Part shown: piece by piece, positions 51,575 through 64,000 of the stretch | Layout: the number at the start of each line of letters is the position of its first letter | How positions within the stretch are numbered: position 1 is the first letter of the stretch | Made by a program: the position numbers and the translations under genes | Assembly (NCBI GenBank): GCA_036172245.1 | Contig: JAYWIR010000045.1 | Span: forward strand, 1,178,001-1,242,000 | Length of the DNA stretch: 64,000 nt | Origin: Raillietiella orientalis | Lineage: Eukaryota | Direction of reading: 5' to 3' | Notes under the pieces: model-generated | Told to the model about the DNA's origin: nothing | Databases searched by the model: none | What the model saw: only the letters and a program-made list of their open reading frames with translations

Positions 51575-51850
51575 ATGGCATTTCGACAAGTTTATAAAAT
51601 ATTTGTCACAAACTTACCCTGGACAATTGGTAGCCATGAATTGTTGCAGTTTTTTAGTAAATTTGGTGCTATGAGAAGTGCTCGAGTTTTGTTTGATGAA
51701 AATACTGGTTTTAGCCGTCGTTATGGTTTTCTGAATTTTTTGGAATTTGAGGCCTACAAAACAGTTCTTCAACAAAAGCATATTCTTGATGGCAGTCAAG
51801 TAATTTTGCAACCTAGTGTAAACAATGACTATAGTGGAAAACGCCTTTAA
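51575..51850 (+). CDS. SLIRP: Small single-RRM protein, SLIRP-like (mitochondrial RNA-binding partner of LRPPRC)
   Basis: 91-aa ORF with KIFVTNLPWTIGSHEL (RNP2), FDENTGFSRRYGF (RNP1) and HILDG; preceded by an acceptor ttttttag at 51562. Confidence 0.8.
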   Translation: MAFRQVYKIFVTNLPWTIGSHELLQFFSKFGAMRSARVLFDENTGFSRRYGFLNFLEFEAYKTVLQQKHILDGSQVILQPSVNNDYSGKRL

Positions 51851-54379
51851 CACGTCGTTCATTATGATCATTCAGAAGTTTTGGTCTTAACCTGGTGTCT
51901 AAAAAGTTCCATGAAGTGCTGTGAGTGATATCTCTGATCCGACGGCAAAATAAAAATCAGATTTGACCATCTTACCAAAATCAGTTTTTTTTTTTCTTGT
52001 AACGCAGAAGCTGTAGAAATGAATTCCCTTGCACCAACAAGTAACGCAAGTGTTCGGTCCTGCATTCGAAACCAATATCTTAATTTCAAGTCACGTTGAA
52101 ATTTTTGAATCAAGAAGTCGTGCCATGGAGTTGCACCACTCAATGGAACGAACGTGATGACGAGTTTACAGTTTCGTGTTGGTGTCGGTGGTAAAACATT
52201 TTGAGATTTGCTTCAAGCATTTGTGTTGACCGCATTGTTTTCACGCGTATGTCGGTTGACTGAACTGCAATACCCGGAAGCACTCCGTGTGGTGGGGTGC
52301 TTTTATAAAAGTCTATCCCAGGGGTGTTCTGGAACAGCCATCAGCAACACTTCATAGCTAGGCCAGCGTGATTTCGACTTGAGATGTAGGTGTGCACTTC
52401 AGATTGGTTCGTTGTTTTTCATCCCCAAGATCCCGGTTTTCGGCTTGTCGTGGAACATGCAGTTGATCCTCTTACTCAAGGCCAGTTTCATTTGGAAAGA
52501 TCCCAAAATACTGGTGGAGACGTAAGAGGATTTAATTGTTTTGAGGCATTCAGTGTCACGTGGAAAAACCGCAATAAATGAAATTCTCAGCTGCCTTTTT
52601 TATTCCAATTATCAGTCAGCGAGCAACCAGTCACGGCTAAAATTATTAAATCAGGCTGATGTTCTACCGGAGCTTAATAAAAAAATTCTGTTACATGTAA
52701 TGTTTATAATAATTTAAATTGGTTAGCAGACGACTTTTGAAGAACAAATGATCGAAGGGAAACGGTTGTGATCAACAAGCAGGTGTTCTGTGCGGCGGTG
52801 AATTTTGGATTGTCATTCGATGTGATGCCATTCTCAACGGTGATGAAAGCTGTGCAGTTTTCCGTTGCAAATAAGCTGAATTTAAATGCTCAAGAAGTCT
52901 CCACCAAATTATAATAATACATTATGTAGGCCACTGGCAAATAGAATATGTACAAAGCGGAAACAAAATACATAAACCCGAATTCTTAGACATAAAAAAC
53001 GTTAAGCGCTGTTAACGTGGAGACAGATGTATGTCCCAAGAGATGCAAGGTGCCAAAAGTTACACCTACCAAGAATGTATGAAGTGGTATCGTAAGGGAA
53101 TAAATAAGAAATATTGCACTTGCACTTCGTTCCTAAAGTTTATGGTTTACGTAAGGTGCAGAACTATATTCAATGTGAAATCACCTCGGAACCATACGGA
53201 GATCATTGCATTTTTTCGGCCTTTCTGGAATCAAAGCAGAAAAAGGACCTTTTAAGAACAAGCCGACGCGTTAGTGGGGTTTGGGATACGCCTGATAACT
53301 TGTGCAAAATTGGGAAATTCATTCAGCTTTGGGGAGTGTTTCTGCACAAGTTGTTTTCCAACCATTTTATCGATTGATTGGCTTTCACGCCACATTGGTT
53401 TGTTTTCGAAACAGCAGTTATGATGAGGAATTAACCAAGTTTCTTCTTCAAATGTACGATCGTCTACATGTATTTTGTATACATGTGTGTCGATCTTTAT
53501 TTCGTATTCTTTACGAGATATTCTGGGGGGGGGGGGGGGAGGGGGACAGATTTGTAACGAAGATAATAAAATTGCCGCTCCCGTGGGATTTTATTGAAAC
53601 TGTGCTTCCCGCCGGAAACAACAACATGCAACAAATAATTATGATCCCAATATGTACGCACTTGTAAGTGAAAATGTAGTTATCCTCCGCCTTTGAAACA
53701 TTCCAATTCAATTTCATTTCACTGAATTAAGGTAATTTCCAAGAAGTCAAGGACTGAAGACAAAACAAAAGAACTTTTGGGAAAGAAACCCTAATTATAA
53801 TTTTTGGAAACGACACTAACAATGAAAATCCCTGGGAGTCATTAAAAAAAAAGAAAATCAATTTTATGCGAAGTTTCGATGCTACTTATTATCCCCCCCC
53901 CCCCCCCCCCCAAGGGAAAGATGCACAAAGGAATTCGGTTCCTTTGTGCAATATGCTAACGTTGTCAAGTAACCTGATATTTCAATGCCTCGTTCCCCGA
54001 AAATGCTTTCTGGGAAACCTGGAAGAAATTCACACCTCTGGAAGTATTACAGCGAAATCGTGTGAACAAAACTTTTCAACGGAAAAGAATATACTTTAGG
54101 TGTTCTGACGGTTTGAAATGTTCGTATATGCCTTTGCTACCGGAGTGTCCCTTTGGATTTAGTTTTAGAACCGTTTGATAAAGGTTGCGTGTACGGTGTT
54201 TTTCGTAAGCTGCTAAAATGGGTCAACATCGAGCTGGAGGGTGTTTGTTGTCAAATGATGGAAACTTGAAAAACGGAAAAATTATTTTAAAAGTCATATT
54301 ACTGTATGTCCATTACCGACAAGCGTTCGACTCGTTTCCACTTTCGTCCCTAAGATCCTATCGATGACGTGCTCCATTT

Positions 54380-54591
54380 AGGCCGTCCACATTTTGGATG
54401 CCCTCTTCTGCACCGCCCAAGGACCTCGGCCGCTGCGGGCCGCCCGTGACACGCGGAGTCGTCGCGCGCGCCGGAAGGGTTCACGCCGCCCCCGCAGGAA
54501 GCGGTCAAACGGCCGCGCACAATGCTGCCGACACACTTCGGCTTTGTGGTGTAGTTCCCGGTCCGCAGCTTTTTGCAAAGAACACGAACAC
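54380..54591 (+). promoter_or_regulatory. CpG-rich island; candidate promoter or first exon of PRMT1
   Basis: Strongest GC/CpG patch in the window, followed by a possible donor (ac|gtaatt at 54592); the next recognisable plus-strand gene is PRMT1. Confidence 0.35.
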
Positions 54592-57500
54592 GTAATTTAA
54601 GCAGGTTGAGTCATGTTTTATTCGAACTTGCGTGTATAAAATAGTTCTACCAACTGAAGTAGTATTTTTCAGTAGCAGGAATGATGGACCTGAAACTATA
54701 GAGTCGTTTCAGTGGATTAAACACGAGCAAGGCTAAAGCACTTTTTTTTCTCGTTTCCAGGCTTCATAATAAGTAGATAGACACTTTGGGGACTTTCCGC
54801 TTTAAAGTAAAATACGTATTTCGACAGTTTGCTGTTTTTACTCGTAGATACATTGCAAATCCTTTATAAATGCCATTGCATTATCCGTGTATGAGGCATG
54901 TGGCTCGTCTTGTACAAGGATCCTCCGGGTAATGAGGATGTTTTATCATAATCGTGTGGAATGACACCAGAAACCACCATGTTTTCAGAGTATTTTAAAG
55001 TTCCGAAAACTTGCGTGTAATAAGCACAGAAGTAAGTAAGCACACAAACGGCCTCTTGAAGTTGCTTAGCACCTGTTGAAACAAGCTTTCATCTAACGGA
55101 ACATGATCATTTTATTGGGATAGAATCATTCACAAGTCGAAATCAATGGAGATCATTTAATCGCCAATTAGCATTAATTTATGTGTTTCATTTTCTTCAT
55201 GCATTCAGAGGTTTTTTTTCCACCGCCTTCGACATCGTCTAGGCTATCTCTAAAACGATCCTGGAAATTGTGATTTTATAGCAAAATCCGTTCACTTGTG
55301 CTGCATATCTTGAAAAACGCATTTATCCACAAATGTTTGTAGCACAACCGAACATTCCTTGAAATTCACATCCCAATTTTCACATTAATCTTCGTGTTTT
55401 GAACTCTAAAGATAAGTCAGCGGGCTCGTGAAATCCCATAAAACAAGTAAAGAATGGGATGGCTTTTGCGTGATTGAAAAATCTCCCAACGATTAAAGAA
55501 ATCGGGATTGCAATTACTCAAACAGTAAAAATTTATGGTTTATGAACGCACGAGATCAGCAAAAGATCCAGGCGTAATAGGTGGCTGCTCCTGAGATTCA
55601 TTTTCATGCGGGTCGTGTTGTAAACACGTCATTAGTTCACATTCTGAGTTCATGAGATGTTTAATATCTGAATTTTGTGAATTTTCCAACTCCCCACGTG
55701 CCAATGTCGCAAATTTATTTTAAATGCAAAGCACATTCGAATGAATGGAAATCTCTGCTGGGTGCCAGAAATCGCTCCCGGTTATTCCTACTCCCATCTC
55801 GTAGTTTGCAGAATGACTTATTTATCCTCATGCCTTGGAATGCGTACATATACTACAGATGCAAAGTTTGCGGTGGATTCACCTTTTGGTACTCGTTGCT
55901 GCCACTGAGACAAAAGCAGTCCTGATTAACTTGCTACTAATGAAAGCCCTGCTATTGACTGATGTTGTAATGACAAATGAAAAACGCGTGTGTTTCATAA
56001 CTGTGAAACATAACCCAAGATAAGTTACTGATAATGATGATGAGACAGCCTAACACGCTGCGCTAACCGCAAAAAGTAAACTCGTTTGCTTTCATTCTTT
56101 TCCAGTCTTTATCCAGGTTGATGATGATGTCAACTTTCATTTGTGGCAGAGTGACGAAAAAAATTCTTATTGAGCGAAGTCTTCAGAGTGCTGACTTCAA
56201 CTGCTCTACAAGCGCTCTGTTTCTGGTTCTTGGAAGGATAACGTCTTTGTCATAAGATTTTCATTTGCGCGCATCCATTACATGGGGTGGGGAGGGGGGG
56301 AACACAAAAAATCATTCTATCTTCTTATTCCGAATTCCTTGCGAAACATTCATGCAAAACTTTAATCAAGACTTTGGAAATGCTGTATTGTGCTTGTGAA
56401 AAAAAAAAAAAACAAGAGAGAGAGAGAGAAAAGGGCCATTAAAATGTTGCATATCTGTTTGCGAATGCGGACCCTGAAAATCACCCTAGCAACCAAGTAG
56501 CTTTTCCTATCTACCGCTCAAGCTCGCTAAATTTTTCGAATCTGTGTGCGTATTTTGTTGGTTCCTTTGTTTCCTAATTTGCTGTAATTTCTTAATATAG
56601 AAATTCGTCAGTACAACTGTACATTTTCAGGTTTCTAGAACTTTTATATAACAGTTTGTTAAAAAACAAAACACACACACACACACAAATTTTGCACATT
56701 TATTTGTTTTTTTCTTGATATTTGTTGCCCCAAAATAAAAATGGTTCGATCATCATGTAGTATTACTGTCCCTAAATGCTAAGCGAAATCAATTATTTCG
56801 AAATTCGATCGCACCATCAATCAATCTATTTGCATCTCGGTGAGCTCTCTTTTCAGATTACTACTGTGAGTCGGCTCTTGGAAACTGATCCTAAATCGCT
56901 ATCACTCCCTTTACTCCGCCTGGAATAATTTTTGAAATTTAGGCTTCCATTACACTTTTCACTGACCTTTACTTTGTTACAGAATATATATTTATCAGTT
57001 TTACAGACAGCTATGATGTTCATAAATAAGGGAGTATCTAAACTCTCACAGAATAAATACTATATAAAATGTAGGCGTCTGTATGTATGTATATATATGT
57101 ATGTGGAAATACTAATAGCATTTCAATGTATTTGTGACACACAATATGTACCAATACGTCTAATTTAATGAGATGAAACTTCCCCGCCACTCGGAGCGCC
57201 TTGTAAGAAACAAAGTTTCGTTTTTTCTCGAGTTGGGCAGCAAAGTTTTTTAATTGCCTGTCATTCTTGAAAGCCACGGAGCAATTTTAGAGTGCAGTTC
57301 GTGGTGTGTGGCTAGCAGGCGTTAGACACGTTCTTAGTTTGAAAGTTTGGGTCTCTTTGCCTTTTTCACTTGGCTGCACAGTTGATCCGTTTAATAAAAT
57401 CCTGACGGTTTTGTAAGTGTGCTCATCCACATCCCCATTCCTGTTGGCCACGCAATGGCAGATGTGTTTTTTCGAGTCACATGTGCTGTTCCCGTGGGAT

Positions 57501-60500
57501 TCTTCGAATATTATGTAATTCAGAAATGCAGTGCAATCGACAGTATTATTGTAACTATGAGCGTCAGCAATAATGCAGAGTTTTTCTTCTTCTTCTTCTT
57601 CTAGGGATGAAGAAAATTTTGAAACGTCGTTTGTTATTCGAAATGATAAGACGAACCAATGTTGAATATTTCACTTGAAACCGAGTTAAATAGCTCGAAC
57701 CAAACCAATCGTTTATTTTCATTTGCCTGTCGATGGCATGCAATTTAAAACAGAAGTTTGTAAAGGCGTTGCAAAATTGAGAGCAAAGATGCAGACAAAG
57801 TACTTAGCATCCTCCGGAGAAAGAGATTTTTAAACGTTCTTCCAAATGGCACACAGCTTTCTCACATGTTTGCTTATTTACACCGTTTCGTCGATTTTGT
57901 TTGCTGTGGTTAGGAGAGCTGGTCCACAATAAATCCACCGAGTTTTCAGTGGCTTGGATTTAATTACCGTTCTTTGAGACACACGGCATAGTCCATGGGC
58001 ATGAAGGAAATAAATTTGTGCGTGCAATTAGCACGTGGCAAAATTATCATTTAAAAATTCAGTGTGGTTATTTTGCAGACTTAAATAGGATGTCTTCCTA
58101 TGTTCGGCCGTCCTTCCCTGCCGTCCGTTCATTTTTCCTGTCTTTCCATTTTCCATTTCCCTGTCAATTAGATATTCCGACTCTTTCCATGCTTGCAGCC
58201 TGTGATCCATGCAGAACGTTGCAGGAAAGGCGTGAATTGTGAAAGTACGGTGTTTGAATTTTGCTTGCCAGTAATTAGGTTTCGAATTAAGAAATGCGTG
58301 TTAAGTGATTTGCGTAAATACGTTCATGTTAAAAAAAAATATTTGATCGGACCGTTGTTCTTTGCCAGTTCAACAGATCATGTCGGCTTCAGTTATTTTT
58401 GAATTCGTGAGAACTTGCATATCGGAAATTCTGCAGTCAGTATTGAATCGGAATAAAATTAGCCAATTTCTCCCATTTTCATCGTTTCGTACGAAGCACA
58501 TATTAATAATATCCATGTTCGCGGTTATAATTTTAAAATCCTGACAGGTTTTTTTCCAAAATCGTCGTCATTACTATCTGCACGTAATAAATTGGGCGGC
58601 CCAATTTTTAAGCACAAGCTTTGGAGCTCGTGTCTATAAATGATTTATTCATTAGGGAGATATCATCGAGGATGTTATAAAGTCTGTTTTTGCAGTCTTA
58701 ATAATGATGTATTATTGGTTCCAGTAATTGCTTGCAAAGTTGACTGAAAACGGTATTTTTATATAAATTCCTAACCAATTAGTTTTATACCTCAAAAGTT
58801 AATTCTGTGTATTAACTAGGACGCATGTATTAATCCAATTCCTTTGTATGCATAGTTAAGTAGACATCCAAGATTCAAAATCTTTTTGTACATGCTATTC
58901 GTATAGTGTTCTATCAGAAACCAGTTTTCCCACAATATTTGGTTGGTAAATATATGTCTTTAATCGAACGACGTCTGTACTTCTGTTTTACAAATCATGT
59001 TTGGAATAGATGGATACAAAAATTAGTTTTGACAGCAGCTATGTACCTTTTTTGATAGTGAGGCGAATTTGTTCTGTTTGTAACTTATTCTGTTGTATAC
59101 ATATTTATATAGAAAATATTTTATCATCATTTAACATAGGAATCGCAGATTACTTTTGCAGGTTTTGTATTTTTGAAGAGAAGTAAATATATTAACAGCA
59201 AAAAATAGTAGAGCTATTTAATCATGTTGAGAAAAACAACCCAGGAGAAATGAATATTTATCCATTCATTTCCCTATGTTCTTTTCATATCCTCCAAGGT
59301 TTTGAGAATCATCTATGCTATGTTGGCCAATCCTGATTCTTTGCTTAGGTAATTTTATTTGTGTAATGCAACTTGTACAATTCTATTTTTCAAATAAAAT
59401 TATGTTTGTAAAGTGGATGATACTTCACATTGTTTTGTGAGTATTAACTATTGTTAATGAGGAATTACCCTATTTCCTTTTTTCCAAAGGATGTATTTTA
59501 TTTGCATGCTGCAGGTAAGATAAAATAGAGTCATGAAACTATATGTGAGTTTCTTTATCCATCAAAAAGCCATTAATCTAAGCGAAAAATAGTAATATTG
59601 CAATATACACAAGTATCTACCTCTTTATTTTTACTGGATTGCTTATTCTTTGTTATTGGTTTTTATACGGTTTTGTAAGATGACTTGAAAATTTTTTTAA
59701 AATTGGAAAATCATAGATTGTAGTTATCATTTCAGTGATTATTAATCTTTAGATAACTATACATTTGTTTTTTGAGTTCCTGCTTTCAGTGAATTTCATA
59801 ATTCTTCACCTCAAAGTACTCAAGTTAGCCTCATTTTCCTACCCTTTTTCTATAATCACATTATGTATCATTTGGCTGTTTAACACAATCAATGTTATCT
59901 CTCTTGACTGATGTTTTATCTTGAGTGACTAGTTTGCAAATTAGTTAAAATAAGAGTAAGATTATAGTTACATGTTCAGCTTGATGATGCAATCAATAGG
60001 GATGTGTAAGTTTTATTTCATGAAAACAATTTAAGAAAACCAGCTTTTCAGATTAAATGCATAAAGGATGCATTGATAACTAGCAGTCAGTTTCTTATTT
60101 GTTAAAGTGCTTGATTTTTATAATTTATGGAAGATTGCATTCTGACCTGAATGAATAAAAAAAAAAATCCAATTTATTAAATATCATGATTAATAAGTAA
60201 ATTAGAATAAGTACATTTTAAACTAACTTATCAATTGTGTGCTTTGAGATAGTTTACATTTCCTGTTTAGTATTGTTACCTGAAACAACTATAGTCATGT
60301 TTGATATAAAGTTCAAAATTGTCGCGAATTTGCAGAATTTATGATAAATGTTGAGAAAGCAGCAAATGTTCTCAGCACTTTATTCCAAAAAGATTTGAAT
60401 ATTGCATGCTGTACGAAGTTATAAGCACTGTAGCAGTGTTTTATATTACACTGTTTTACTTTTGAAAATAAACGTTTTAGATTTGAATTTTCAATGATGA

Positions 60501-60665
60501 ATTGTTAAAAAAAATTTTTGTTTTCATGTTTACAGAATCATTTATTGATGTGCCCTAGAACGTAGTTGTTTTTCTGTTAAAAGCATCTGAAGGACATCAT
60601 TATGGATGTGAGAACTTTGTCTGTTTTTGCCATCTTTTAAAATGCATGGTTTTTTAAAATGCTAG

Positions 60666-61983
<1,318 letters not shown>

Positions 61984-62005
61984 TTAAAAAAATAAAAATG
62001 AACAC

Positions 62006-64000
62006 CTAATCTAACTGCAAATGACGATGCACAGGTGTCCTGAAAGGCTTGTTTGTTGTGGGAGTTGAGGTTAAACTAACAGAACAAAGTGCTGGGGCAG
62101 GGCCGTAACATGACAACTTTTCAAGCTTCTGCTTGATTGATGAGTTTTGAGAGACATGTTCAAGGGTTTGTGGGTAACGATGATGCCTTTGGAACACTGG
62201 AGACGTATTCTTTGGAGACGAATTTATGTTTTCATCAATTGCTTTATTTGCCTCAAGTAACAGTGCTTGCAAATCCTGTATCAATATTAGTACTACGTAC
62301 TTGACTTCCAACTCACCTGTATGTCATCCTCCATATGTTTTAGTGCTTCAATGAGTTGGCGTTGTTTTGGTTGCTGAGTAAATAGACTCAGATGTCCAGC
62401 ATATAAACAAGCAATACACCCAATGGGGCCTGTTCTTCGTTGCAAACTTGTTGCTACTACACATTTGCCTACTTTGAGTACATTTGCCGCTCCATATATC
62501 TGACGAAAAATTCACTACACGTTTTTTAAAGGGGGATTACTATTTCTTACTGATAAACCATTCCAGAATTTTATCGCTAAAAGATTTCCATTGCTATCTG
62601 TTAAGTGAACTGTTTGGAAAGAACCAGGTTTAAAAGGTCCAACTCGTATTACTACTCCTACTAAATCCACTTCATCAAAGGGAGGCGAGAACAAAGGATT
62701 ATACATTTCAGCAATGGGTGTGACTTTTCTTGTTAAATCCAGAGAGACTGAAGATTTCTTTAAAATTGTGTACCGTGACTGACATCTTGTTCCCAAAGTG
62801 AGCTCAGTCCATTCTTTGCGTTTTCTAAATATTTAGGTTAGAATGAATAGTGTTTCAAATGCATTGAAATACAGACTTATGGGCTGTGCAAGAGATATAA
62901 AATATTCTCACTTGAGTACCTTCACGAAATAATTGCAGTAATTCTTCTGTAGGTTTCCACACAGTTAAAATAGCACTTGTACAAGGTTTGTGGTCATGCA
63001 AGCAATTAAGCCGTACCTATCAGTTATTAACAATATATATCTGAAAAAATCTCACCTTCAAACATGGGATCACTGTGTTTGCACTGCTTTGCAAGTGTTC
63101 TTTCCAGCGACGATCTACTTCTTTCTGTAAGTGCAATTCCAGATCTTCCTGCTCATAAATAGCTTTCACTTCTCAACTAATACTGTTACCTTTGTAATTG
63201 GAGAGTTTATTGAAGAATCACAATCTAGTCTCTTTGACTGCATATCTTGAAGTACCTGTTTTTGTATATGTTCATACATTTCTTTGCTTGCTTCCTCCCG
63301 TTCTGACTGATTTGCTTGCCACACATGGTGACTATGGAAATCTAAAGGTGCATTAAATACTATTATTCACACTCCACACGCACATGTTTGTCCCTCATTA
63401 TTTTTTTCCATGCATTGTAGGGGATACACGTAGCAGACAATTACATCTAAACAACTAATAAGCCCACCATCAGGGAAGATGGAGTGCAAACAGCTGGAGA
63501 AAATCCGATTCTGTTTACAATAACCAAGTTTGGTCCACCAGCGTGCTCGTCTCAAAGAGTTGGTGTGCAATTTGATTTTGTATTTCAGTGCTTCTTCCTG
63601 ATCTTACTTCATGCAGTTATTCTTTAATGTATTCCAACCTCCAATGGTGATGCACCATCACTTGGTCCTATCAGTTCACTTCCATGTACCACAATTTTGC
63701 AACCTAGTGATAATTTTCTCTCTATTAGAAGGCGTTTAAATGCGGTATCTACTTCTGCAGCTATGCTATACCACCCATCACTAACTTGCACAGAATACTC
63801 GGATGGATTTTCACATGACTAAGGATCAAATTTTCTATTCTTACTTCTTACTCCAAATATTAAAATAATAACCTGAGCAATTCTTGAAATGAATAGTACC
63901 AGAGTTCTACTTGGAGAATCATCTTTCTCCAAAATTTTTCTTAAACAGGATCTTTTACTGCGAATGATTTCCGAGTCATAACGCAATTTTAATTGTTTCA
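62006..64000 (-). CDS. BRCA2: BRCA2, 3' portion (end of helical domain, OB folds, C-terminal tail); continues beyond the window
   Basis: QLKLRYDSEI..SKRSCLRKILEKDD...TLVL, VSDGWYSI, HTNSLRRARWWTKLGY, FPDGG, VYPLQCMEK, PPFDEVDLVGVV, and a TR2-like tail YGPAPAL...NKPFRTP; stop at 62006-62008. Confidence 0.93.

Noticed and set aside
51868..53450. Further decayed gene downstream of SLIRP
   Set aside because: Several short protein-like frames but no ordered motifs I could assign.
54394..54600. Protamine-like Arg-rich ORF as a stand-alone gene
   Set aside because: Starts at TTG shortly after an in-frame stop; Arg richness is expected from CpG-rich DNA.
60494..60590. C/D-box snoRNA upstream of the first firm PRMT1 exon
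   Set aside because: Boxes are present but there is no convincing stem or guide; expected by chance in AT-rich DNA.

Overview
Eukaryotic, AT-rich, gene-dense window from what looks like an arthropod-type animal (inferred from the protein sequences; the taxon cannot be fixed from sequence alone). Most introns are tiny GT-AG introns of about 36-60 nt. Genes whose spliced frames I could follow intact: ATP8A-type P4-ATPase flippase (5' end outside the window), FASTKD5-like RAP-domain protein, eIF3j, MFSD12, a SEPT6-group septin, an EFHC1-like DM10 protein, eIF2-gamma, a SLIRP-like RRM protein and PRMT1. The 3' part of BRCA2 is recognised by motifs. The most striking signal, missed by the ORF track, is a series of heavily decayed gene relics between and inside the live genes: a RAD17-like relic, an SLF1-like gene with a broken BRCT half but an intact Nse5-like half, a kinesin motor relic nested in an EFHC intron, and a probable DBF4/chiffon relic. 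Also present: an 870-bp non-autonomous piggyBac element, an 84-bp inverted repeat pair, PRMT1 and BRCA2 with stop codons 22 nt apart, and a SLIRP exon directly behind the eIF2-gamma poly(A) signal. All homology calls are by-eye motif recognition, not database searches.
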